The notes under the pieces: generated by a model
What the model was told of the DNA's origin: nothing
Seen by the model: the letters and a program-made list of their open reading frames with translations, nothing else
Databases searched by the model: none
Translations under genes and position numbers: made by a program
NCBI GenBank assembly: GCA_944393465.1
Contig: CALYAG010000008.1
Span: forward strand, 6,990-70,989
DNA length: 64,000 bases
Direction of reading: 5' to 3'
DNA from: an uncultured Clostridia bacterium
Lineage (GTDB): Bacteria > Bacillota > Clostridia > TANB77 > CAG-508
Shown: positions 31,153 through 41,612 of the stretch, one piece after another
How positions within the stretch are numbered: position 1 is the stretch's first letter
Layout: each line of letters starts with the position of its first letter

Positions 31153-31314
31153 ATTTTTTTGTAATATAATTTGTAAAAATGTCGAAAATTAAAGAGGATT
31201 TTAGCAATTTTTGTAGAATAATAATAATAGAGTTTTGTTTTACTTTTATGGTTTAGCCCGATTTTAACCACATTTTGTAAAATAAAATTTATATATTATG
31301 AAAGATAGGTACCT

Positions 31315-31581
31315 ATGAAAAAATTTCTTAAATATACATTTATAATTTTAATTTCAATATATGTTGTGCACATATTTATTACACAACAAAGCACTCTTAA
31401 TTCATATGCCACAGAAAGCAAACAATATGAGAGCCAAATAGAGTCTGCCAAAGAAGAACAGGCTAAATTAAACGATACTATACAAGACCTAAATTCTACA
31501 GACTATGTAGAAGAACAAGCTAGAGAACAACTTGATATGTATTTACCGAATGAGAGAGTTTACATAGATATAAATAAATAG
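31315..31581 (+). CDS. Septum formation initiator (DivIC/FtsB family)
   Basis: TM anchor plus coiled coil, with a C-terminal EEQAREQLDMYLPNERVY motif. Synteny supports the call. Confidence 0.65.
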   Translation: MKKFLKYTFIILISIYVVHIFITQQSTLNSYATESKQYESQIESAKEEQAKLNDTIQDLNSTDYVEEQAREQLDMYLPNERVYIDINK

Positions 31582-31937
31582 TTTTATTTGTAATGCACCA
31601 TTTGTTTGGTGCATTTTTTGTAGATGGGGGAATTTAAGTTTTCTATAAAAAATAAAGAAATAATTAGTAACATTATTATAAAAATGTAAAAAAATACCAA
31701 AAACTATTTACAAATTTTGTAATTTATTGTATAATAAAAATGTAGATTTTCAGAATTATTTTAAAATTCTAGAATTTCATTTACTAGAATTACACATTAC
31801 ATCTTAATTTTTCCAGTTTAATTAGTTAATTAAAATATTGCCTAATATTACATTATGCTAAATCTTGTAAAAATCTATAAATCATTTAAAAGGTTTAATA
31901 ATCAATAATTATTACATACCTTAAGAAAGGAATTAAT

Positions 31938-33350
31938 ATGAATTTAGAAGAATGTACCCTTGTTGAACTAAGACAATTAGCCAAAGAAAGAGGTATTAAA
32001 TACGTTTCAAAAATTAAAAAAGATGAGCTAATAAAATTACTCTCAGAAGAAAATGAAAGTAATGATTCCGAAAGCAGTATAGCTACTCATACTACTGCAG
32101 AAACCAAACTAGAGCATGATAATGACATAAACTATGAAGAAACAGAAGAAAATAAATCAGAAGAAAAGGATAGTGTTCAAGAGGCAGAGGTTAGATATGT
32201 GGATGGTTACAAGCTAACAAGCCCAGATGATAAAATATCAGAAGGTATACTAGAAATCTTACCTGATGGCTATGGCTTTTTAAGAGGAAAAAATTACTTA
32301 TCTACACCAGATGATATTTATATTTCACCTGTCCAAATAAGACGTTTTAGATTAGATAATGGTGATAAAATAAAAGGTATTACTCGTATACCAAAAGAAG
32401 GTGAAAAATTTCCAGCACTTATATATGTTGGCGAAGTTAATGGTCAGCCACCTGAAGAAGCATATAGAAGGAAAAAGTTTGACGATTTAATACCAATTTA
32501 TCCATATCAAAAAATTAAATTAGAAACTACTCCAAATGAATATGCAACAAGAATGATTGACTTAATTTGTCCAATTGGTAAAGGTCAAAGAGGTATGATT
32601 GTCGCACCACCTAAAGTTGGTAAAACAACATTAATCAAAAAAATAGCAAACGCTATTTCAGTAAATAATCCAGAAATTGAATTAATAGTATTACTTATAG
32701 ATGAAAGACCAGAGGAAGTTACAGATATGAAAAGGTCTATAAAAGGTGATGTTATTTACTCAACGTTTGATGAATTACCAGAACACCATGCTAAAGTTGC
32801 TGAAATGGTACTTGAAAGGGCTAAAAGATTAGTTGAGCAACAGAAAGATGTTGTTATATTATTAGATAGTATCACAAGGCTAGCAAGAGCATATAACCTA
32901 ACTATTCCTTCATCAGGAAGAACGCTTTCTGGTGGTTTAGACCCTGCTGCACTACATAAACCTAAAAAATTCTTTGGAGCTGCTAGAAAGATAGAAAATG
33001 GCGGAAGTTTAACCATTCTTGCCACAGCATTAGTAGAAACAGGTAGTAGAATGGATGATGTTGTATTTGAAGAATTTAAGGGAACTGGCAACATGGAAGT
33101 AGTCTTAGACAGATCACTTTCAGAAAAACGTATATTCCCTGCAATAGATATAAATAAATCTGGTACAAGAAGAGAAGATTTATTACTATCTAAAGAAGAA
33201 TTAAGTGCAGTTTACTCTTTAAGAAAAGCTATGTCAACAATGCCTCAATCAGAGATAATAGAGCAACTATTAGCTCAAATGATGGCTACAAAAACAAATA
33301 AAGATTTAGTTGATAGAGTAAATATTGTATTTAAAAATAAAACAAAATAA
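31938..33350 (+). CDS. rho: Transcription termination factor Rho (with an N-terminal acidic insertion)
   Basis: Rho_N ([13 protein letters not shown]), cold-shock-like RNA-binding domain, Walker [18 protein letters not shown], and SGTRRE. Confidence 0.9.
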   Translation: MNLEECTLVELRQLAKERGIKYVSKIKKDELIKLLSEENESNDSESSIATHTTAETKLEHDNDINYEETEENKSEEKDSVQEAEVRYVDGYKLTSPDDKISEGILEILPDGYGFLRGKNYLSTPDDIYISPVQIRRFRLDNGDKIKGITRIPKEGEKFPALIYVGEVNGQPPEEAYRRKKFDDLIPIYPYQKIKLETTPNEYATRMIDLICPIGKGQRGMIVAPPKVGKTTLIKKIANAISVNNPEIELIVLLIDERPEEVTDMKRSIKGDVIYSTFDELPEHHAKVAEMVLERAKRLVEQQKDVVILLDSITRLARAYNLTIPSSGRTLSGGLDPAALHKPKKFFGAARKIENGGSLTILATALVETGSRMDDVVFEEFKGTGNMEVVLDRSLSEKRIFPAIDINKSGTRREDLLLSKEELSAVYSLRKAMSTMPQSEIIEQLLAQMMATKTNKDLVDRVNIVFKNKTK

Positions 33351-33438
33351 AATAAAATCACTATAAGTAATACTATTATTTACTGTTTGCTTTTATAAAA
33401 ATATAATTAATTATGAATAGCAATAGGTTACATAAAGC

Positions 33439-33482
33439 AAATACCAAAGTTTGTAAAAAACGATTGACAAACTTTGGTATTT
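33439..33482 (+). terminator. Strong hairpin downstream of rho, overlapping the -35 of the next promoter
   Basis: 16-bp perfect stem aaataccaaagtttgt / acaaactttggtattt. TTGACA (33464-33469) lies in the loop and 3' arm, followed by 17 nt and then TGcTATAAT (33484-33492). Confidence 0.5.
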
Positions 33483-33544
33483 GTGCTATAATAAAAAATA
33501 TCCGTAGAAACATGGCAGTATAAAAAAAGGAGGTTTAGGAAGTC

Positions 33545-33952
33545 ATGTTTACACCTTATGCTGGTACGGTTACACACACTTATGCTGTTACTGAAAGTAA
33601 CAGGAAAGCAGTGTCAAAGTTTCTTTTTAGCCAAAACCAAGAGGTTAATGATGTAGCTCTTTGGGTAAGCTCCTATATAGGAGGGGTTTACGTTGAAAAA
33701 ATCAACTTAACAGTCAACAGGTTAGGGCAAAGGACTATTATCGCCATCGTCAAAAATGATGGTAGTGATGAAATGATAATTATTGGAATTAATCAGAAAA
33801 TGATGGGTAAGCTTAGTACAGCTAAGCGCAAAATTTACAACATCACTAAGTTGCTAGCTGAGTGCAACAGACATTGGTCAAGTGATATACCGTACAATGC
33901 AAAAGAGATTGAACAAGGCGTTTGTCGTTTTGTCGCAGCCCTTGCAGTCTAA
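33545..33952 (+). CDS. Hypothetical protein (orphan, higher-GC islet)
   Basis: 135-aa ORF with an AGGAGG RBS, a consensus promoter upstream and a terminator at about 33968-34018. No family recognised. Confidence 0.55.
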   Translation: MFTPYAGTVTHTYAVTESNRKAVSKFLFSQNQEVNDVALWVSSYIGGVYVEKINLTVNRLGQRTIIAIVKNDGSDEMIIIGINQKMMGKLSTAKRKIYNITKLLAECNRHWSSDIPYNAKEIEQGVCRFVAALAV

Positions 33953-34127
33953 TACAAAACACGACTAAAACCTTAACTGAGGTGGAACTTAATTGTTCCA
34001 CCTCAGTTTTCTTTTTTAATAGTAAAAGCTTAATTTTTTATTCAACGAGCTTGTCAAAAATACTGTGTAAATTTTTTTCAACAAAAAAAGGGCGGTGTCC
34101 CTAATGATAGGGACACCGTTTTGAAGG

Positions 34128-34493
34128 TTATTCTTCGATGGGGGTCATCACTAGACGAACCCCATGAAGGTCGGGATTGACTCGCTCACATTCAGGTTTT
34201 ACATCCTGAACACAGGATTCAAAATCTCTGTAGTGATGCTTGTGATTTCGGCTTACCACTGAGTCATACATCTTCTTGAGACTTATGATAGCCGCTTGGC
34301 GGTTTTGGAAAGGACAAATGATGTCCTTTTCAATCGTTCGATTCTTTGTTATAACCTGGCCCCTCTCATTTCTGAGAGGAATACCATGATTATCACGGCA
34401 AATGCCATGTTCGATTACGAACGAACTATGGGTTGAACCATAGTAAACAACCGGGGATGTAAACGAGTAATTATTCCGTTCTACGCTATTCAT
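34128..34493 (-). CDS. Hypothetical protein (orphan, higher-GC islet)
   Basis: 121-aa ORF with a GGAGG RBS, a minus-strand TTGACT-17-TATAAT promoter at 34535-34563 and a terminator at about 34087-34122. No family recognised. Confidence 0.55.
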   Translation of the reverse strand: MNSVERNNYSFTSPVVYYGSTHSSFVIEHGICRDNHGIPLRNERGQVITKNRTIEKDIICPFQNRQAAIISLKKMYDSVVSRNHKHHYRDFESCVQDVKPECERVNPDLHGVRLVMTPIEE

Positions 34494-34762
34494 TTTTTTA
34501 CCTCCATTTTGTGTGGCTGATAACGTACAATTATATTATATCACTAAATTAACATAAAGTCAAACGTCGAGCTTTTTTAATAGTGTAAAATATGAAAGAA
34601 ATATGATAATGTCTTAAGCTTTTTTTTTGTAAAAGCATTGTGTTTTTACATAAAAAATGATATAAACTAGGTAAAATAATAACCATTGTATTTGTTGATG
34701 AAATTTAGACATGATAATAACTAAAAGAACATAAAAATAATGGTTAGAAAAGGAGAAATAAA

Positions 34763-36106
34763 ATGAATAAGGGAAGAAAATTTATAGTAGTAATTTGTAT
34801 TGTAGTTTTAATAATTATATTGGCAATTGCAGTATTTAATTTGGTAGTGTATTTAAGTAAAAGAATAGGAGTAAATACAGTTACATTTGTAGGTGTTTCA
34901 AATGATAACAAGGTAAATGCAGCAGCTCCAGACAATATAGAAGTTGGTTTCTCACTAGATGATGTTGTAATAAAAGATTTAAATCTAAATAATATAGACA
35001 TTAATGATATAAATCTAGGCGACTACATATTTTTATATGTAAAAGATGCTGAAGGCGGTGTAAATTGTGACAATACAAATTATTATTGTAAGGTTAACAG
35101 AATAGAAAATAATAGTATTAATGTTGAAATTCCAAACTTTGATTTTTATTCATTTGATTTGGAAAATGTAAAAATCAAAGACATAAATGGTAAAAAAATA
35201 AATGCTTCTGATTTAAAATTTGGAGATAATTTAAAGGTAATAAATGTTTGGCCAGATAATATACCATCGATAGGAAGATTTTATGAAGGTTATCCTTCTT
35301 CAGAAATATATGATGTTAAAAGTATAAGAATAGTAGAACCTGACCAAGAAACAATAAAAAATTTAGAAAATAGAAATATGATGGCAATAAAAGAGGCGGT
35401 TATTGCTGGCGTAAACGAAGATAGTTTATATGTGGTTGACAGTGAAAATAAAGATCTTTTATATGAGGTTTCATTTGCAAAAGAGGGTAACATTGGCTTT
35501 AAACAAGGTCAAAAAATTAAAATTTATTTTAATGGAAATGAAACTGGCTCAAATATAAATGGAGTTCTTGCAATCCAAAATGTAGGCAAAATAGAAATTG
35601 CTGATGATGAAAACGAGCAACTAATATCAAATGATATATTAAAAAAATTTTATACATCATTTGATAATGTAGATATAAGCATAGATAATTTAACAAATAC
35701 AGGTCTTACCATGACAGTAACAGATAATAATAATTTGAAATATGAGTTTGCAAATAAATTTACTTTATCAAGAAATATTGCTAAAAAGCCTGATAAGAGC
35801 GTAATAAAATATGATGATGGTTCTATTGCAATTCCTGGATATGAAGGAGATAAATGGCAAGAACTATCTAAAATTTCTGATAATGTTGCAAATACCGGTA
35901 CAGCCGAAATAATAAATGAAAATACAACTAGATGGACATTTGACTGGAGCAATATTTATGGTCCTATAGGAAGCGGAGAATATAGATTTGTATTAGGTGA
36001 TGCAGATAATAATCAAAATTATTTTTATTCGAATAATGAAGAGATTATTTATGCCAAATTTACTGTAGAGGATAATGGACAAATTAATATAGATTATATT
36101 CGTTAA
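34763..36106 (+). CDS. Membrane-anchored extracytoplasmic hypothetical protein
   Basis: 447-aa ORF with an N-terminal TM helix. No family recognised. Confidence 0.5.
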   Translation: MNKGRKFIVVICIVVLIIILAIAVFNLVVYLSKRIGVNTVTFVGVSNDNKVNAAAPDNIEVGFSLDDVVIKDLNLNNIDINDINLGDYIFLYVKDAEGGVNCDNTNYYCKVNRIENNSINVEIPNFDFYSFDLENVKIKDINGKKINASDLKFGDNLKVINVWPDNIPSIGRFYEGYPSSEIYDVKSIRIVEPDQETIKNLENRNMMAIKEAVIAGVNEDSLYVVDSENKDLLYEVSFAKEGNIGFKQGQKIKIYFNGNETGSNINGVLAIQNVGKIEIADDENEQLISNDILKKFYTSFDNVDISIDNLTNTGLTMTVTDNNNLKYEFANKFTLSRNIAKKPDKSVIKYDDGSIAIPGYEGDKWQELSKISDNVANTGTAEIINENTTRWTFDWSNIYGPIGSGEYRFVLGDADNNQNYFYSNNEEIIYAKFTVEDNGQINIDYIR

Positions 36107-36123
36107 TTTGGGAGAAAAAATTT

Positions 36124-38580
36124 ATGGTAGATAAAATAGAAATAAAAGGTGCAAAAGTTCACAATCTAAAAAGCATAGATATAGATATTCCACTTAATAG
36201 AATTGTAGCAATCTCAGGGGTATCTGGAAGTGGTAAATCATCTTTAGCATTAGGTGTACTTTATGCAGAAGGCTCAAGAAGGTATTTAGAAGCACTTTCT
36301 ACATATACTAGAAGGAGAATTTCACAAGGGGAAAAGGCCAAAGTTGATAGTATTCTTCACGTACCAAGTGCACTAGCTCTTCATCAAAGACCAAATGTGC
36401 CAAGCATAAGGTCAACTTTTGGTACTGCAACAGAGCTTTTAAATTCTGTAAGGCTTTTATTTTCTAGATGTGGAAATTATATTTGTCCAAATGGACATAT
36501 TCTTCCAGCAAGTGCAAATGTTGCTAGAGATGAAATGCTTGAATGCCCTATATGCCATGAGAAATTTTATGGATTAAGTGCTGAAGAATATGCTTTTAAC
36601 TCTTCTGGAGCTTGTCCTAAATGTGGTGGAATTGGTACTATAGAAACTGTAAATATGGATTCATTAATTCCTAATAAGGATTTGACTATTGATGAAGGAG
36701 CAGTTGCACCTTGGAATAGTTTGATGTGGTCTTTAATGACAGATGTATGTCGTGCAATGGGAGTTAGAACTGATGTACCATTTAAAGATTTAACAAAGGA
36801 AGAGCAAGAAATTGTATATGATGGACCAAAGGTGAAAAAACATATTTTTTATAGACCCAAAAATGGAGATACAACACTCGCAACGGAAATGGACTTTACT
36901 TATTATAGTGCTAAGGCAACAGTTTTAAATGCTTTGAAAAAAGTAAAAGATGAAAAAAGCATGAGCAGAGTATCAAAATTTTTAAAAGAAGAAGTATGCC
37001 CAGAATGCCATGGCTCTAGGATAAATAAAAAGGCAAATTCTACTTTATTAGGCGGAAAAAATTTAACTGAGGTTTGCCAAATGAGCCTTAGAGATTTGGA
37101 CCTATGGCTTCCAAAAGTTGTAGATGAATTAAATGATGAAGTTAGACAAATGGGTAAAAACATATTAGAAGAGTTTATGCTAAATGCAGAGGCCTTACTT
37201 TCACTAGGACTAGGATATTTAACATTAGATAGAGCAAGTAATACACTATCAACTGGAGAATTACAAAGGGTACAACTTGCAAGAACTGTAAGAAATAGAA
37301 CTACTGGTGTTTTGTATGTTTTAGATGAACCTTCAATAGGACTTCACCCAGCGAATGTAGATGGATTAATTAATTTAGTAAGACAACTTATTAATGATGG
37401 CAATTCTGTTGTTTTAGTTGACCATGATGTGAGAATTTTAAAAATAGCAGATTATATGATAGAAATTGGACCTGAAGCGGGAGCAAAAGGTGGAGAAATT
37501 ATTGCCAAAGGTACAATAGAAGATATTATAAAAAATAGCAATTCAATAATTGGACCATATTTAAGTGACAAAGAGAAAGTGAATGTACGTAAAAAAGTTA
37601 ATAAAGAAGATATTTTTAAATTAGGAAAAATTAGTTTAAGCACAGATTCTATTCACACAGTAAAGCCACTTAGTATAGAAATACCAAAAGGAAGACTAAC
37701 AACAGTAACTGGAATGTCTGGTAGTGGTAAAACCACTTTAATACTTGAATCTTTATATCCTGCTATCAAAGCAAAACTAAATAATGAAACCATGCCATCA
37801 CATATAAAAGAATTAAAAGCTGATTGGGTAAATAAAATAGATTTAATAGATGCAACGCCTATTGGAAACAATGTTAGAAGCACAGTAGCAACATATTCAG
37901 GAGTATTTGATGATTTAAGAAAATTATATGGAAAAATAAGTAAAGATTATACAGCAAGTGATTTTTCATATAATACAGGAAAATTAAGATGCCCTACATG
38001 TGATGGAACAGGCACTATATCTATGGATGTTCAATTCTTGCCAGATATAGAGATGGAGTGCAATTCTTGTGATGGTACAAGATATTCAAATAATGTAGAT
38101 AATATATTATATAACAATTATTCTATTAAAGATGTTATGAAATTGACTATAAGGCAAGCATTAGAAGTATTTAAAGAAAATAAGAAGATAAGAGATAAAT
38201 TACAAGTTTTAGTAGATTTAGGAATAGGATATTTAACACTTGGAGAGGCAACTCCAGCACTTTCAGGAGGCGAGGCACAAAGATTGAAACTTGCCTCAGA
38301 AATAGGAAAAATTCAAGATGGTAGTGTATTTATATTTGATGAACCAAGTATTGGCTTGCACCCTAAAGATGTAAAGACGTTACTTAAAGTATTCCAAAAG
38401 CTAATTGATAATGGAGCTACAATAGTAGTAATTGAACATGATTTAGATGTAATTAAAAATTCTGATTATATTATTGATATGGGGCCAGAAGGCGGTTACC
38501 TTGGAGGCGAGGTAGTTGGGACAGGTGCTGTGCAAGATATAAAGGAAAATAAAAAGAGTATTACAGGAAGGTATTTGTAG
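36124..38580 (+). CDS. UvrA paralog (excinuclease ABC subunit A family, no apparent UvrB-binding domain)
   Basis: Two ABC ATPase modules (GVSGSGKSS and GMSGSGKTT), zinc modules (CPICHEKF, CPKCGG, CPECHG, CPTCDGTG). 818 aa, versus about 940 aa recalled for canonical UvrA. Confidence 0.85.
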   Translation: MVDKIEIKGAKVHNLKSIDIDIPLNRIVAISGVSGSGKSSLALGVLYAEGSRRYLEALSTYTRRRISQGEKAKVDSILHVPSALALHQRPNVPSIRSTFGTATELLNSVRLLFSRCGNYICPNGHILPASANVARDEMLECPICHEKFYGLSAEEYAFNSSGACPKCGGIGTIETVNMDSLIPNKDLTIDEGAVAPWNSLMWSLMTDVCRAMGVRTDVPFKDLTKEEQEIVYDGPKVKKHIFYRPKNGDTTLATEMDFTYYSAKATVLNALKKVKDEKSMSRVSKFLKEEVCPECHGSRINKKANSTLLGGKNLTEVCQMSLRDLDLWLPKVVDELNDEVRQMGKNILEEFMLNAEALLSLGLGYLTLDRASNTLSTGELQRVQLARTVRNRTTGVLYVLDEPSIGLHPANVDGLINLVRQLINDGNSVVLVDHDVRILKIADYMIEIGPEAGAKGGEIIAKGTIEDIIKNSNSIIGPYLSDKEKVNVRKKVNKEDIFKLGKISLSTDSIHTVKPLSIEIPKGRLTTVTGMSGSGKTTLILESLYPAIKAKLNNETMPSHIKELKADWVNKIDLIDATPIGNNVRSTVATYSGVFDDLRKLYGKISKDYTASDFSYNTGKLRCPTCDGTGTISMDVQFLPDIEMECNSCDGTRYSNNVDNILYNNYSIKDVMKLTIRQALEVFKENKKIRDKLQVLVDLGIGYLTLGEATPALSGGEAQRLKLASEIGKIQDGSVFIFDEPSIGLHPKDVKTLLKVFQKLIDNGATIVVIEHDLDVIKNSDYIIDMGPEGGYLGGEVVGTGAVQDIKENKKSITGRYL

Positions 38581-38631
38581 ATGCATTTTCCATTTAATAT
38601 GACAAAGAATAGTGAAAGAAGGAGTTAATAT

Positions 38632-39147
38632 ATGAATATTGCAATCATTTATTCTAGTATAACTGGAAACACAAAGATTATTGCTGAGACAATTAAAGAA
38701 TCATTACAAAAAGAAAATATAGTTTATTTTGGGAATCCTACCGAAGATTTGCCTGAGGCAGACATTTATATTATTGGCTCATGGACTGACAAAGGTAATC
38801 CAACTGACGAAATTATAAATGTTCTTAAAAAAATTAAAAGTAAAAAAATTGCTTATTTTGGAACTGCTGGCTTTGGAGGTAGTGAAGAATATTTTAAAAA
38901 GTTGTTTGAAAGAGTGAAAATTAATATTGACTCATCTAATAAAATATTAGGATATTTTTATTGTCAAGGTAAAATGCCTATGCAGGTTAAGACAAAATAT
39001 GAAAAAATGCTTGAAGAAAATCCAGAAGATAGTAGATTAAAACTATCAATAGAAAATTTTGATAGGGCTTTATCTCATCCAAATGATGAAGACATAAATA
39101 ATGTTAAGAATTGGGTAGATACAAAATTTGTTTTTATTGGCTCTTGA
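38632..39147 (+). CDS. Flavodoxin-family protein
   Basis: MNIAIIYSSITGNTK flavodoxin N-terminal motif; 171 aa. Confidence 0.7.
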   Translation: MNIAIIYSSITGNTKIIAETIKESLQKENIVYFGNPTEDLPEADIYIIGSWTDKGNPTDEIINVLKKIKSKKIAYFGTAGFGGSEEYFKKLFERVKINIDSSNKILGYFYCQGKMPMQVKTKYEKMLEENPEDSRLKLSIENFDRALSHPNDEDINNVKNWVDTKFVFIGS

Positions 39148-39206
39148 GTATGGAATACGATTTTTAATAGCGATAAGTAAAAAAATAAGTAAAAAGGAAA
39201 ATTGTT

Positions 39207-39860
39207 ATGAAAAAGAAAATAATAGTAATTACATTTATTAGTTTGTTAATTTTAATTTCTATAATTATTTATTTACTATATATATTTAATTATATACCAC
39301 ACAAAATGTATAGTAATGAACATTTTAATATAAAAACTTATACAAGTAGTATAGATAAAGATAATGATGGTATTGATGATCAAACTGATATATTGAATAA
39401 TGTTCGTGAATATATAGGAACAAATCCAAAATATAAAAGTAAATATTATGCAAGTGGTTATCCAGATGATGGATACGGTGTTTGTACTGATGTAGTTGCT
39501 TTTGGATTAAAAGGTGCAGGATATGACTTAATGGAATTAGTTAATGAAGATATAAAAAATAATAGAAATAATTACAATATAGATACAATAGATAAAAATA
39601 TAGATTTTAGAAGAGTTCAAAATTTGAAAATATATTTTGAAAATAATGCTATTTCTCTTACAACTGATGTTTATGATATTGAAAATTGGCAAGGGGGAGA
39701 TATAGTAATATTTCAAAACCATATTGGAATAGTATCAGATAATAGAAACAAAAATGGTGTTACCTTTGTTATTCATCACGCTAATCCATATCAAAAAGAT
39801 TATGAAGAAGATATTTTAGAGTCAAGAAATGATATTGTCGGACATTACAGAATGAGTTAG
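39207..39860 (+). CDS. DUF1287-domain protein
   Basis: TM anchor, GVCTDVVAFGLKGAGYDL, NIDFRRVQNL and GDIVIF..HIGIVSD motifs. Confidence 0.65.
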   Translation: MKKKIIVITFISLLILISIIIYLLYIFNYIPHKMYSNEHFNIKTYTSSIDKDNDGIDDQTDILNNVREYIGTNPKYKSKYYASGYPDDGYGVCTDVVAFGLKGAGYDLMELVNEDIKNNRNNYNIDTIDKNIDFRRVQNLKIYFENNAISLTTDVYDIENWQGGDIVIFQNHIGIVSDNRNKNGVTFVIHHANPYQKDYEEDILESRNDIVGHYRMS

Positions 39861-40008
39861 ACAAATTATAGTAAAGTAATAAGAGGGAAAAATAGAAATG
39901 AAAATTCCAAAGTCAAAAGCGATGAATGAATGGGTAAAAGAAAACAATGCTTATTTAATGGAAAATAATCATTTTTATAATAAATAAAAATAATTTATGG
40001 AGGTAAAA

Positions 40009-40374
40009 ATGTTAAGTTTAGAAAAAGTTAAAAGTGAATTGAAAAAATACAACTATACTTATGATAATAATATTCTATGTGGACATACAAAGTCAAAAAT
40101 TAAATGGGTTTTACCAACAGGAATTGTGAATATATTGGCGTTTGAACAAGCAACATCATATTTATTTGGCTTTAGTAATGAAGGAATTAATTTTTTTCCT
40201 GTTCAAGGGGACTGGAATCTAGCTAATAATTTATTTATTTCATGGAACGAAATATCAAATTTTAAAATGAAAAATGGACTGTTAGAAAATGAAATGATAG
40301 TTGAAACACAATCTATGAAAATAGAAATGAAAATAAATAAGGTTGTTGCAAATAATAGTTGGGTCAAAAAATAA
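40009..40374 (+). CDS. Hypothetical protein (3' end apparently frameshifted relative to a paralog remnant)
   Basis: GGAGG RBS precedes ATG 40009. See the finding on 39898-40417. Confidence 0.4.
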   Translation: MLSLEKVKSELKKYNYTYDNNILCGHTKSKIKWVLPTGIVNILAFEQATSYLFGFSNEGINFFPVQGDWNLANNLFISWNEISNFKMKNGLLENEMIVETQSMKIEMKINKVVANNSWVKK

Positions 40375-40679
40375 TATTAATTATTTAAAAGATAAAAATT
40401 ATTTTTACAATAAATAGGGGGCTTTTATAGGGGATTTAATAGCATTTGGAATTAATTGTAATATAACTACAAATAGTGCAAAATATGGTATAGATTTTGA
40501 ATATGACTATGAAAATCCATTTAATAGTGAAACATTAGGTGTAAATCGAATGATAATTACTGATGAGAATAGAAATACAATATTATTAGTTGAAAACGAA
40601 AGATTAAATAAAGGTTATTAGTAAATTATTAGTATTAAAAGAATTATAGAAATAGTAAGTTGTAGAGGAGAGTGTTTAT

Positions 40680-41120
40680 ATGGAAAATAAATATGAATTT
40701 TTTATAGCTGGTAGAGCTAGAAATAAAGAAAATATATTAAAAATATGTGATTTATTTGATAAATATAAAGTTTCATATTATTGCTTTTTAAAAAATGAGG
40801 AAGATTGGGGATATGGAAACAAAAATCAAACACCAGAAGAAAAGCAAAAAGAATTTGAATCATTAAATTTAAAAAGTGATATAGTTTTAAATTTATTTCA
40901 TAATGATTTAGAGGGAGAAAAAAGTTCTAAAAACTTACTTTTAGTTTTACCAGCTGGAAAAGCAGCCCATATTGAATCAGGTATTGCTTATGGATTAGGG
41001 AAAAAGTGTTATGCAATAGGTGAATATGAAGCTACTGATACATTATATAATATTTTTGAAGAAATTTTTAGTAATGAAACAGAACTGGAAGCATTTTTAA
41101 AGAAATATTCAGTAAGATAA
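40680..41120 (+). CDS. Hypothetical protein, possibly nucleoside 2-deoxyribosyltransferase-like fold
   Basis: FFIAGRARN near the N-terminus and AAHIESGIAYGLGKKCYAIGE near the C-terminus resemble that superfamily. Weak call. Confidence 0.3.
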   Translation: MENKYEFFIAGRARNKENILKICDLFDKYKVSYYCFLKNEEDWGYGNKNQTPEEKQKEFESLNLKSDIVLNLFHNDLEGEKSSKNLLLVLPAGKAAHIESGIAYGLGKKCYAIGEYEATDTLYNIFEEIFSNETELEAFLKKYSVR

Positions 41121-41159
41121 ATTACAATTTATATATTAATAAAAATAGCAGGCTTCCTG

Positions 41160-41333
41160 CTATTTTTGTTTATCTCTGTATGCATTTCCCCATTTAACCA
41201 TGGAGTCTAAAATTGGTTTTAGACTTAAACCTGTTTCTGTTAAAGAGTATTCAACTTTTGGAGGAACTTCAGCGTAAACTTTTCTTTTTACCAAACCAGA
41301 TGCTTCCATTTGTCTTAAATTACTTGTTAACAT
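41160..41333 (-). pseudogene. HxlR-family transcriptional regulator, C-terminal fragment only
   Basis: Minus-strand translation gives LRQMEASGLVKRKVYAEVPPKVEYSLTETGLSLKPILDSMVKWG, the wing and C-terminal half of an HxlR wHTH. The N-terminal half is absent. Confidence 0.6.
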
Positions 41334-41369
41334 AGCAGATTATATGATGCAACAGATTTAGTAAAAGAA

Positions 41370-41612
41370 ATGATTGAGAAAACTGAAGACTGTAAAATAC
41401 CAACAGAAATTGTACTAGTTTGCCCAGTATGTGGCAAAAGAATGGAAGTGAATGTAAGAATAAATGCTAATTTTGTGCAAGATGACAATTGGTACAAACA
41501 AGACAAAAAGTATGGAGAGTTTTTAGATTATAGCAAAAATAAAAATGTGGTACTACTTGTTGACTTATTGAAAAAATATTTTATAATATTAGATATTAGC
41601 AAAGCTTATTAA
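41370..41612 (+). pseudogene. Sir2-family deacylase, internal/C-terminal fragment
   Basis: CPVCGKRMEVNVRINANFVQDDNWYKQDKKYGEFL resembles the zinc-ribbon region of Firmicute Sir2-family proteins. No Rossmann N-terminus is present, and the tail diverges. Confidence 0.45.
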
